A stretch of DNA of 64,000 bases from an uncultured archaeon (GTDB taxonomy: Archaea > Thermoplasmatota > Penumbrarchaeia > JASLWR01): positions 36,601-100,600 of the forward strand of contig CAYSHM010000010.1 in NCBI GenBank assembly GCA_964430885.1. Reading direction: 5' to 3'. The position numbers were made by a program, and so were the translations under genes. The notes beneath the pieces were generated by a model that made no database searches, was not told the origin of the DNA, and saw nothing but the letters and a program-made list of their open reading frames with translations. Shown here in pieces: positions 31,733-41,500 of the stretch (positions are counted from its first letter, which is position 1; each line of letters starts with the position of its first letter).

Positions 31733-32851
31733 ATGCTAGATCCAAGAATATCCAAACTGGCAGATATGCTGATAAACTATTCCTGCGACCTTAAGGAAGG
31801 AGAGAAAATCCTAATCGAAGCCTTCGATATCCCAACGGAGATGGTGACCGAACTGATCAAACATTCCTCTGAAGCCGGTGGCATCCCACTTGTAAGCTTG
31901 AAGAACCAGAAAGTCATCAGAAGTCTCTATCACAATGCCACCAAAGAAGGCATGGAGCTCATAGGAGATTATGAAAGGCACCGAATGAAAATGGTTGATG
32001 CGTATATTGGGTTGAGAGGAAATCACAATATTGCAGAACTCAGTGATGTCCCAACAGAGAAAATGAAATTATATCAAAAACACTGGTGGACCCCTGTTCA
32101 TATAGATGAAAGAGTTAAGAATACCAAATGGGTGGTTCTAAGATGGCCCACAAGTTCCATGGCCCAGCAGGCAGATATGAGTACTGATGCTTTCGAAAAA
32201 TTCTATTTCGATGTATGTACTCTTGACTATTCCAAGATGTCCAAGGCAATGGACCCGCTGAAAGAGCTTATGGAAAGGACAGACAAGGTAAAGATAGTGG
32301 GACCGGGAACAGATCTTCGATTCTCCATTAAGGATATTCCGGTCATAAAATGCGACGGTAAACTGAATATACCAGACGGTGAGGTTTTCACTGCCCCGGT
32401 GATGGATTCGGTTGAAGGTGTGATTCAGTACAATACGCCAACATTATACCATGGGACTGTTTTCAGAGATATTAAGCTGGTTTTTGAAAAGGGTAAGATA
32501 ATTGAAGCCACGGGAAGCAACTCTGAAAAGGTAAATGAGATACTTGACAGCGATCCGGGAGCTAGATATGTCGGCGAGTTCGCCTTGGGTGTCAATCCCT
32601 ATATAACAAAGGCTATGAAAGACATCCTATTCGATGAGAAGATCATGGGATCCTTCCATTTCACTCCGGGAAATTCATATGATGATGCTTTCAACGGCAA
32701 TAAATCCGAGGTGCACTGGGACATGGTTTGTATTCAGACACCGGAAAAGGGAGGAGGGGAGATCTATTTTGACGGTGTACTAATCAGAAAGGACGGACGA
32801 TTCGTGCTGCCTGAACTGGATGCCTTGAATCCCGAAAACCTCAAGAAATGA
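31733..32851 (+). CDS. M29 family aminopeptidase (AmpS/PepS/AmpT-like)
   Basis: MLDPRISKLA, NIPDGEVFTAP, GEFALG, LFDEKI.GSFH...G..Y, N.SEVHWDMV; AGGTGA RBS. Confidence 0.92.
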   Translation: MLDPRISKLADMLINYSCDLKEGEKILIEAFDIPTEMVTELIKHSSEAGGIPLVSLKNQKVIRSLYHNATKEGMELIGDYERHRMKMVDAYIGLRGNHNIAELSDVPTEKMKLYQKHWWTPVHIDERVKNTKWVVLRWPTSSMAQQADMSTDAFEKFYFDVCTLDYSKMSKAMDPLKELMERTDKVKIVGPGTDLRFSIKDIPVIKCDGKLNIPDGEVFTAPVMDSVEGVIQYNTPTLYHGTVFRDIKLVFEKGKIIEATGSNSEKVNEILDSDPGARYVGEFALGVNPYITKAMKDILFDEKIMGSFHFTPGNSYDDAFNGNKSEVHWDMVCIQTPEKGGGEIYFDGVLIRKDGRFVLPELDALNPENLKK

Positions 32852-32949
32852 AAATTTGCCCTCGAGACTTCATTGAATTTGGATGAATGGGTTGGAAAAT
32901 CAGAAAAAAAAGAATAATTTGAACCGGAATTAACATATTATCCGGTTCA

Positions 32950-33693
32950 TTATTTCTTCCTGTTTGCCTTCTTTGAATTGGTTCTATTCTTCTTCTTCTT
33001 CTCGGCTCTCTCTTCTTCTCCCAGCACCTTGTAGGTTTTGACCGCTCTATAAAGAGCAGTATAGTGGCCGGCGACAGCAAAATAGACCATTGCTATGGTA
33101 AATGGATACATCCCTAGTAATTGACCGTCCTTTACAAGGAATATCTCTTTGCTGGCAATTGTGAAGGAATGGGAAAGGGTCCAATCCGGGTTTGTAACTA
33201 GGATCACAAACTGGATTATGCTGAAGATCCCCAACACAACCAGTCGGTCAGCCCTCCCCAGCAGCCCACCGTAAATCCTTTTCACATTGAGTGCCTGAGC
33301 TTGTGTTCCCATATAGGATACCATGAGCATCCCCGAAACCGCTAACACTCCCCAATGGATGGAACATAGCGGACTGAATATTATACCAAAAACCATGAGA
33401 AGATCAGAATATCGGTCAATGGAATGATCTAGAAAATCCCCAACGCGAGAAGACTTCCCCGTGAGCCGGGCTATATCACCATCCAAAAGATCGCATAGAG
33501 AACTGAGGACACCCGCAGTCAGGGCGAAGAAAAAGAAATAGGGCCAGGCATAAAGAAAATATATGGTCACTCCGCTTATTATTGCAAAGATCAACGAAAG
33601 CCAGGTAAATGTATTGGGATGAATGTGAGAAAACCTTCTGGTAATGGGCAGCAGCATATTTCCAGCATTCTTTCTGAATTTGCTCAATACCAT
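32950..33693 (-). CDS. CDP-alcohol phosphatidyltransferase (archaetidyl-inositol-phosphate/glycerophosphate synthase-like)
   Basis: HPNTFT; DLLDGDIAR......GDFLDHSIDRYSD signature; GLLGRADR. Confidence 0.9.
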   Translation of the reverse strand: MVLSKFRKNAGNMLLPITRRFSHIHPNTFTWLSLIFAIISGVTIYFLYAWPYFFFFALTAGVLSSLCDLLDGDIARLTGKSSRVGDFLDHSIDRYSDLLMVFGIIFSPLCSIHWGVLAVSGMLMVSYMGTQAQALNVKRIYGGLLGRADRLVVLGIFSIIQFVILVTNPDWTLSHSFTIASKEIFLVKDGQLLGMYPFTIAMVYFAVAGHYTALYRAVKTYKVLGEEERAEKKKKNRTNSKKANRKK

Positions 33694-33795
33694 CTTTCAC
33701 ACCTTTTGCCATAAAATTTGTTTAGACAAATTTTCGACAGTTTTTGACAATATTCTTAACAATTTTTAACTCTTTTATTCCCATGGATCATACAT

Positions 33796-34938
33796 TCAAT
33801 GTCTTCTCAGGGACATCTTCTTTCCTTTGTAGGTTTCAACCTGTTTTTCCAGGGATTCCATGCCTTCCATTATGGCAGATATCAGGTCCCAATCATTCTT
33901 TTTGGTAATGAACGTCTTTCTGTGGGTCCCCAACCTTAGATTCACGGTAAACTTTGTAAGTGATTCACTATGATGATGATGTTTGATATGGATATTCAAC
34001 AGCCGGGGATCTACGTGATAGCTGATCTTGGGCAGCACTTTGCCGATAATGGTATATATGGTATCATATTCATACATATCCTCATCGTCCAGACCTGATA
34101 TCTGAACCAGAAGTTCGTCCCTTTCTTTTTCGGAACTAACCATCTCAATTATATCCAAACTGGTCACGATACCAATGGGTCTGCCTTCCTCCACGACTAG
34201 GACTGTGGAAATCTTATTATCCACTATGGATTTCATTACCTCTTCCAGTTTTGATTCCTTTTCAACATAATGCGGAGGTGTTATCATAAGACTTCTTACA
34301 TCTATACTGGGATGGGTCTTCTCTCCGCTTCTCTCTCCCTGTGAGGCCCTTGTCCTGATTCCCCTAAGGGAAACATCTATCTTTTCCAAAGCGAATATTC
34401 CTCTTAACAATCCGTCATCATCAACCACTGGAAGGGATCGTTCCTTCAGATTGTCCATCTCCCTCAAGGCCTTTTGAACCGTGTCAGTGTCTTTTACGGA
34501 TATAACCGGCTGATTCATAATGTCTTCTACAGGAATCTTGGTATATAACCCGAGCTCAAGGAGCTTGCGGATTATGTCCCTTCTGGTAACTGTACCTATA
34601 AGTTTATTGCGTTCGGTTACCGGAACTGATATGTAATCATTGGTAAGTAGAACTTCAGATACAGTTGTCAAATTGTCCTCACCGCCTATTCTGGGCGGTG
34701 GGTACATGACGCTGTCAACAGTCACAGATAGGGGTATATGTCTCCGTTTAGCCAATATTCCATATCCAATTATTCCAACTGTTTCCCCATCTTCAATTAC
34801 AGGAATTTCATGTTTCACTTTGCCCTTCATCTTGGAAAGAGCTTTGGCCAATGTTTCGTTTGAGTCCACCATCAACCCTGGGTTTCTCATAATGTCCTTG
34901 ACTAGAATATTATTAAGTTCCGTTACGTCAGCATCCAT
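33796..34938 (-). CDS. Four CBS domains plus C-terminal HPF/RaiA-like domain; putative archaeal ribosome hibernation factor (Hib-like)
   Basis: CBS motifs (VKDIM, LIGTVTRRDI, VEDIM, IGIVTSLDI). The C-terminal ~105 aa VQISGL...LNIHIK..KFTVNLRL...WDLISAIMEGMESLEKQV matches the HPF beta-alpha-beta-beta-beta-alpha pattern. Confidence 0.75.
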   Translation of the reverse strand: MDADVTELNNILVKDIMRNPGLMVDSNETLAKALSKMKGKVKHEIPVIEDGETVGIIGYGILAKRRHIPLSVTVDSVMYPPPRIGGEDNLTTVSEVLLTNDYISVPVTERNKLIGTVTRRDIIRKLLELGLYTKIPVEDIMNQPVISVKDTDTVQKALREMDNLKERSLPVVDDDGLLRGIFALEKIDVSLRGIRTRASQGERSGEKTHPSIDVRSLMITPPHYVEKESKLEEVMKSIVDNKISTVLVVEEGRPIGIVTSLDIIEMVSSEKERDELLVQISGLDDEDMYEYDTIYTIIGKVLPKISYHVDPRLLNIHIKHHHHSESLTKFTVNLRLGTHRKTFITKKNDWDLISAIMEGMESLEKQVETYKGKKMSLRRH

Positions 34939-35287
34939 CTTCCATCACCGATTCTAAATATCTCCGATAATCACTCAATCTACGGTAAGGCAGCCATGAA
35001 AATTCACCTTTTCCAGATGAAATATCCTATACCTTCTTCAGCATTTTTACCTTCAGCACCATTATAAATTGAATGAAAACTGCATTTCCTTTTTACAAAG
35101 TCGGGATATATATCTCAATACATTTAATAATTTGTAATCATTTTAAGTTAAGAAACAAATGTCAATGTGGTTCTTTGGAAGCACAAAAAATAATGTAAAA
35201 TAAACTGCTCCTTTGACAGAAGAATGAACGGTTTTATATATAATAATCGGACACTATTTGGACAAGTATGTATTGTATGTATTGCAT

Positions 35288-35342
35288 ATATTATATTATA
35301 TTATATTATATTATATTATATTATATTATATTATATTATATT
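35288..35342. repeat. Pentanucleotide microsatellite (ATATT)x11
   Basis: Eleven perfect copies counted directly; preceded by degenerate GTATGTATT GTATGTATT GCATATATT. Confidence 0.95.
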
Positions 35343-35362
35343 AGAAAATAGATGATCAGTAA

Positions 35363-37267
35363 ATGATCGCAATCAAATATAAATGGCTGATTCACATGAA
35401 AAATCAAGAAATTGACATCACAAACCCCCGGTCCCAAAATGATATGGGCTTTTTAAAAATCCTCTTATGCATCCTGGTAATATTAATTCTTTTCAATACA
35501 TTCAACCTTAGAGGAAACGGAGTAATAAAAAGTCATTCCTCAGTATTATTTAGAAATCCTAACTTCAATATAGAGACATTCACTGGAGAACATAGTGGAA
35601 ACTGCAGGAATATCACATCCAACGATACCATAGCACCTATAGCTGATGCGGGAAGTTATCCGCCCTTATACCAGGGAAGGACCATGGAACTGGATGCCGG
35701 TGGTTCTAGCGATAATATTCCCGATCTTTTCATCAACGGAACCTTCAACTGGACAATCGAATCTCTTAACGGAACCACCCTGGAAGGGATTTCCGTTGAG
35801 ATAAGTTTTCCGAATCCCGGAAGGTTCGAAGTGGTTCTAGAGGTAACGGATGCTTCTGGGAATTCAGGTACAGATTCTGTGAACATAACTGTTCTGGAAG
35901 ATACGATTCCACCAAAGATCATATATTCTACACCCTCAACAAAGGAGAACATTGCCGAAAATTCCACCTTTCGGTTCATTTTTTCAGAAACAATAGACAA
36001 AGTGTCGGTACCTGGTGAAATATCATTTTTCAAGACTATGGATGAGACCCCTATCCCATGTAACTGGTCATTGGAAGATAATGATACTGTTATAGCCCTG
36101 AAACCACCAGGTTCACTCAAAGAAAACACCATGTATACAATTTTAATCGGTTCAGACATAACCGACCTAGGTGGAAATGGATTGGACTATTCACAGGCAT
36201 ATGAATACATATTTACAACAACCGGATACTCACCGGAAATAAAAGAACCTGAAGGAAATTTCAGACTTCTAGAAACCACTTTCATACCTCACAATCCCTA
36301 TATAGGGGACCTTGTGGTCATCGAACTCCAATTCAACAGGAATGTAAACGATTCAAGTATACATCCAGGTTCAATTTATCTCCAGGGGAATAATGGTGAA
36401 AACGTACCAATTTTCGCTGAAAAAGGTACTGATGAAAGTATTATCCGAATTGACATACTCATTCCGGTTGAGAAAGATGTTAATTATAAATTGAACATAT
36501 CCAAATATCTTGCTGACGAGGAAGGCAGGAGTTTGAACATGACCAGTCCAAACATTCGATCATTTGTTCCTAGGAAAACTGTTGAAGAGAAGAAAGATGA
36601 GGGAGCCCCAGTTTTTTTCATAGTTATCCTGGTTATCGGTTTAATACTAATCCTGGTCTTGGTACTGGTCATCGTTGATAGGGTGAATATGGCCAAGGAT
36701 CCGGGTTACGAGGAGGCAAGAGAGAGATGGTCGTTGAACAATAAAAGGGCGAAAAAAATGGCATCCACCCGCTCAAACTCTCCCTTTTCCAAGGATAATA
36801 AAAAAAGGTCCAAAATGAGCAGAAAGGATGAAAGAAGCGAAGATCGGTTCTCATTTGATGACCGAGAGCATTCTAGAACCCCTATCAGAAGAGACAGCAA
36901 AAGGGATGGTTCAAGAAAGCCTAAACCCATCAGCTATTACAACCCGGATGAGGATCATGAACGCGAGGGCAGAACATATGAGATGAAGGATAATCATAAT
37001 GTACGCCGTAGAAGAGCAAGTTTTGATGATGATGATTCTTATGGAGGAAGGAAAAAACGCAGAGGGAGGAGATACAGGGGAAATACGAGAGAATTTGATG
37101 AAGAATATAGGGATGACCATTACAAGAAGAGTACAAGAAGAGGTGCCCCCGAAAGACAACCAAGACATGAAAGGGAATTCGATGAATATGAACGAGGCAG
37201 ACATCGAAAGAAACCCCAAAGAAGGAGCGGTCAGCACGACAGAAGAAGAAGAGAGGATGATTGGTAA
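35363..37267 (+). CDS. Surface protein: PKD + two Ig-like (Big_5-type) domains + TM + long Arg/Asp/Glu-rich cytoplasmic tail
   Basis: PIADAG...LDAGGSSDN...LEVTDASGN (PKD); DTIPPKI...FSE.ID...LKENTMYTILI...ITDLGGN (Big_5); TM VFFIVILVIGLILILVLVLVIV; mixed-charge tail. Start may be 35396. Confidence 0.8.
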   Translation: MIAIKYKWLIHMKNQEIDITNPRSQNDMGFLKILLCILVILILFNTFNLRGNGVIKSHSSVLFRNPNFNIETFTGEHSGNCRNITSNDTIAPIADAGSYPPLYQGRTMELDAGGSSDNIPDLFINGTFNWTIESLNGTTLEGISVEISFPNPGRFEVVLEVTDASGNSGTDSVNITVLEDTIPPKIIYSTPSTKENIAENSTFRFIFSETIDKVSVPGEISFFKTMDETPIPCNWSLEDNDTVIALKPPGSLKENTMYTILIGSDITDLGGNGLDYSQAYEYIFTTTGYSPEIKEPEGNFRLLETTFIPHNPYIGDLVVIELQFNRNVNDSSIHPGSIYLQGNNGENVPIFAEKGTDESIIRIDILIPVEKDVNYKLNISKYLADEEGRSLNMTSPNIRSFVPRKTVEEKKDEGAPVFFIVILVIGLILILVLVLVIVDRVNMAKDPGYEEARERWSLNNKRAKKMASTRSNSPFSKDNKKRSKMSRKDERSEDRFSFDDREHSRTPIRRDSKRDGSRKPKPISYYNPDEDHEREGRTYEMKDNHNVRRRRASFDDDDSYGGRKKRRGRRYRGNTREFDEEYRDDHYKKSTRRGAPERQPRHEREFDEYERGRHRKKPQRRSGQHDRRRREDDW

Positions 37268-37300
37268 AGGGATTTCCTGAGAAATGGATGGTGTGAATTT

Positions 37301-38359
37301 TTGATTACACGAGAAATCTCCCTTTCAGCAAGCATTGGAACCCATTCGGTTCTTGGATTGAAAAAGATAGAATCTCACAGTGAACCTACCACAGGATATC
37401 TTATGCTGGGTAAGAACTGTATGAACAATTGCGCTTTCTGCACCAAATCCGCTCATTCCCAAAATGATAAACTATCCCGAATAACATGGCCCGAAATCAG
37501 TCTTGGAGAACTGTTGAGAGCAAAGGAATCCGTTTTAGATTTCCAAAGGATATGCATACAATGTACTCAGTATCACCATCTCTTGTCAGACCTCAATGAA
37601 TTATTGGATTTCATAAGAGAGGAAATTAAATTTTACGGACCAATATCTGCATCAATCAATCCTTTGACCAAAGATGAAATGACGGAACTAAGAAAAAAAG
37701 GATTATCGGACATATGCTTTTCCCTTGATGCCGCGACTGCAAACCTTTTTAAAACCGTTAAGGGTATGAATGTTAGGGTAATGAAGGACAGGAAAAATAA
37801 CGGTTTCTCATTTGTTTTTGAATCCCTCAAAGATGCATTGGAAATATTCGGAACCGGACATGTTGCGACCCATCTTATTGTAGGCCTGGGTGAGTCTGAT
37901 TCCGATATTGCATGGTTCTTGAAAAAAATGCTTGAAACCGGCATCAGAATAGCCCTCTTCTCATTCACGCCAATGCGGGGAACAGATATGGCGGATCATT
38001 TCCAGCCATCCCTTAAAAGATACAGAACCATTCAGTCCTTACTATACCTTATGAAAAATAGATATATTTCCTGCCAGGAATTATTATTTAACCACAGAGG
38101 ATCGATCTATGCCATAAATTCCCACTATGGAAAACAGGAGACTCAGTATAAATCTAGCAATAATATTGAAGAAACGTTGAATCTATTAACAGCTGAGGTG
38201 TTCAGGACATCAGGTTGTTCCGGATGCAATCGTCCATTCTACAATGAAATGCCGGGGGGACCCATGTATAACTTTCCCCGGGAACCAAAGCAAAATGAAT
38301 TCGAGGAAGCATTACAGCAGGTAAAGGATTACCTTCAGGAACAGAGTTGCTCTGAATAA
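37301..38359 (+). CDS. Radical SAM protein, LipS2-type lipoyl synthase subunit-like
   Basis: CMNNCAFC; LSRITWP; HLIVGLGE; ALFSFTP; TSGCSGCNRP, close to the LipS2 TxGCPxC(N/D)RP motif. Confidence 0.72.
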   Translation: MITREISLSASIGTHSVLGLKKIESHSEPTTGYLMLGKNCMNNCAFCTKSAHSQNDKLSRITWPEISLGELLRAKESVLDFQRICIQCTQYHHLLSDLNELLDFIREEIKFYGPISASINPLTKDEMTELRKKGLSDICFSLDAATANLFKTVKGMNVRVMKDRKNNGFSFVFESLKDALEIFGTGHVATHLIVGLGESDSDIAWFLKKMLETGIRIALFSFTPMRGTDMADHFQPSLKRYRTIQSLLYLMKNRYISCQELLFNHRGSIYAINSHYGKQETQYKSSNNIEETLNLLTAEVFRTSGCSGCNRPFYNEMPGGPMYNFPREPKQNEFEEALQQVKDYLQEQSCSE

Positions 38360-38552
38360 TGTATATCTAACGGTAATTGGAATACTCAATTGAATTTATC
38401 AATTATCGAAACCGTTTCTGGATGGAATTAAACTTAAACAATACCCAAAATATTTATGTAACTTGATTCAGATTAAGTTGAGCACTTTGAACCATGAAAA
38501 AAACTGAATTTTATACCATTTATTAAGCTAGGATTTTGTAAAGGCGATAATA

Positions 38553-41500
38553 ATGTTAAAGCGCGATAATTATAGAAGACCCTCGACCTTTCTAAGCATA
38601 TTAATAGTATGTTTGATGGTTTTGAGCGGGTTGGGTTTAGTCCAACTGATATCATTGAGTGACGCGAATGTTGGGCATGTAGAAGCAGATAACGCTAGGG
38701 ATCATTCAGGCACAAGGGATGAACCGGACCTTGTCAGTTACTGGAATTTCGATGAGAATTCTGGAACAAACGCCGCTGACTCCGTTGGCAGCAGTGACGG
38801 AACACTAGATCTGGGTGTTGAGGGAAACACAGATCCGAACCTTGCCTGGGAGCAGGGCATCATTGGGAACGGATTGGCAATGGATGGGCAGGATGATATT
38901 CTCAACTGCGGGAATCATCCTTCCCTTGACATAACGCAGGAGATCACAATAATTGCGTGGGTAAACTGCAGATTGGAATACCTAAGGCCGACATTGATAG
39001 CTAAACATACCGATGCAGATCCGGGATATCTTCTTAGGTGGGACAGGGACAAAGGATTCCTCTTCGCAGTCGAATCCAGTCCCATTGCCAGCAGAATGAC
39101 CAACCTAAATACTGTCAAAGATAAATGGTATCAGGTAGCAGCAACCTTCGGAGATGATCTTCATATATATATTAATGGCATTCTGGCAGATGGTACTGCT
39201 ACTGGTCAGATACCTGCCCAGATAGGAACATCCGCTGCGGACCTGATAATGGGTGGAAGGACTGATGATGATTGGAATTTCAACGGGACACTGGACGAGG
39301 TGAAAATATACAGCCGCTGTCTTACCTCCACCGAGATCAAGGATAAATTCGCAGAAGTAGCATTGAGAGGCGGATGGACCTTTGATGATGGATCTGGTGA
39401 GACCCTGAGCGATTATTCACCGAACAGCAATGACGGATCCATCTCCGACGATGATGCGGATAACGGGGACGGAGATACTCCTCCACTATGGGCGGATTCA
39501 ATCATTGACGGTGGACTTATATTTGATGGGGTGGATGATTATGTTGAGGTTTCCCAGGATCCTTCCTTTGATTTTGAATCCAATGAGGAATTCACCATTT
39601 CCGCCTGGGTTAAGAGCGATAATGAGGATGGGGTCATCATCAGCAACAGGGATGCAACCAGCTATTTCTCTTTAATATTTGAATATGGTTATCTGGCAGC
39701 AAGGTACAAAAGCCTTTCAGGTTCAACATTGACCGCAATTACAAACAAGAAGTACAATAATGACATGTGGCATTATATGGCAGCCGTACTGGAAAGAGGG
39801 AACGGAGGACAGATCAGGTTATATGTTGACGGCGATCTGAAGGCAAGCGACAGCAAGGGTGGATTTGACGGAATCGAGAGCCCCAAGAACATCAATATTG
39901 GAAGGGACGCACACAGTCTGGACAATCATTTCAGAGGAACCTTGGATGAGATACACGTATGGAACTCGGCATATACCGAAGGACAGATCGCAAATGTATA
40001 CAATGAGGTTCTAGATCAGGCACAGGTGCCTCCCTCTCTATCAACACCTATCGACGATATAATCACATTCAAGGAGGACAAAGTTGGAAAAGATCTGATT
40101 AATGTAACTCATCATTTCGATGATCTTCTAGATGATTCCATGGACCTTAACTATTCCATTGAGAGGGTCTCCGGCGATCATATAATTGCCACTTTTACCA
40201 ACTTCACCTTATCATTCCAGAGCGATGAGATAAACTATACTGGTGAGGCGGTTTTCAAGATCGTTGCTGAGAACTCAAAACAGCTTACCACTTATTCCAA
40301 CGAATTTACAGTGCAGATCGAACCTGTGAATGATCTGCCCATCTGGACCTCTGCACCGCCTTCAATTTCATTTAAGGAGGACCACAATCATACTACGTCC
40401 TATAAATTGATTGATTATGTTACTGACGCTGAGGATGACGAGCTGATCTTCGACCTTGATTTCAATGATGACATGTTCAATATCAGTCTAAATGAGGACA
40501 CCAATATTTACCTAGAAGCCATCGATTCGGATGTATTCGGTGAATTCAAGTTAAATGTTACTGTGATAGAGAATGCCTCCCAGGATGCAGGCGGCAGAAA
40601 GGAGATTTCCTTCGCTATCGACCCAGAAAATGATGTCCCAAGGGCGACACTAACATCACCTAGTGCCGGGCAGCTGTCCATGATAAGGAATGTGACCCTT
40701 GAATGGGACGTTTCAGATGTGGATGATGATGAAGGGAACATCACATTTGATCTTTATTTGGGAAAAAACCCGGACCCGCCCATATTCAAGACCGGACTTG
40801 ATACAAAAACCTTTACGGCTACTGGGCTTGATGACCTTTCCACCTATTACTGGAAGGTGATCCCAAATGATGACGAGGACGAGGGAATATGCGAAACAGG
40901 AATAAGGAATTTTACAGTTGACTCACTTGCAGACCTACCAAAAGTACGATTGCTTACACCGGTAAATGCCTCCAACATAATGGAAGAAGAAATCCTACTG
41001 ACATGGGAAACCGTTCTTGATCCAAGAGCAGGGACTTTGAACTTCAGGGTTCTAGTTGGTAATGGTTACGGAAATCTGACCGGTAAGGCGAATACTGTTG
41101 ATAACGAATATCTATTAACCGATCTGATGCCTGAAACAAGGTATTATTGGACTGTTATCCCCTATTATCCTGCTACTGGAGGTAACATTGAGGGTATATG
41201 TATAAGCGGCAGTTGGTATTTCGAGGTCGGAGACATCCCCAAATACATACTGAACACTGAACAGGAAGAAGTAAAGCTCAGTATCATCCAGGGTGAAGAG
41301 AGAAGTTTCAACCTCACTCTGATTAACGATGGAAACAGGGACATGGACATAAGTTTAGTCCAATTAGGTGATTTGCCCGCAACAGTTTCCTTTGCCGACT
41401 ATGTACAGATCTCATCCGGTGACCAGGCAAATATAGTTATAACGGTCAATATCAATGATAATGCAACACTTGCATCATATGACTTTAGGATATTGCTGAA

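Noticed and set aside
35266-35343. CRISPR array
   Set aside because: Simple 5-bp tandem repeat with no spacers; no cas genes in the window.
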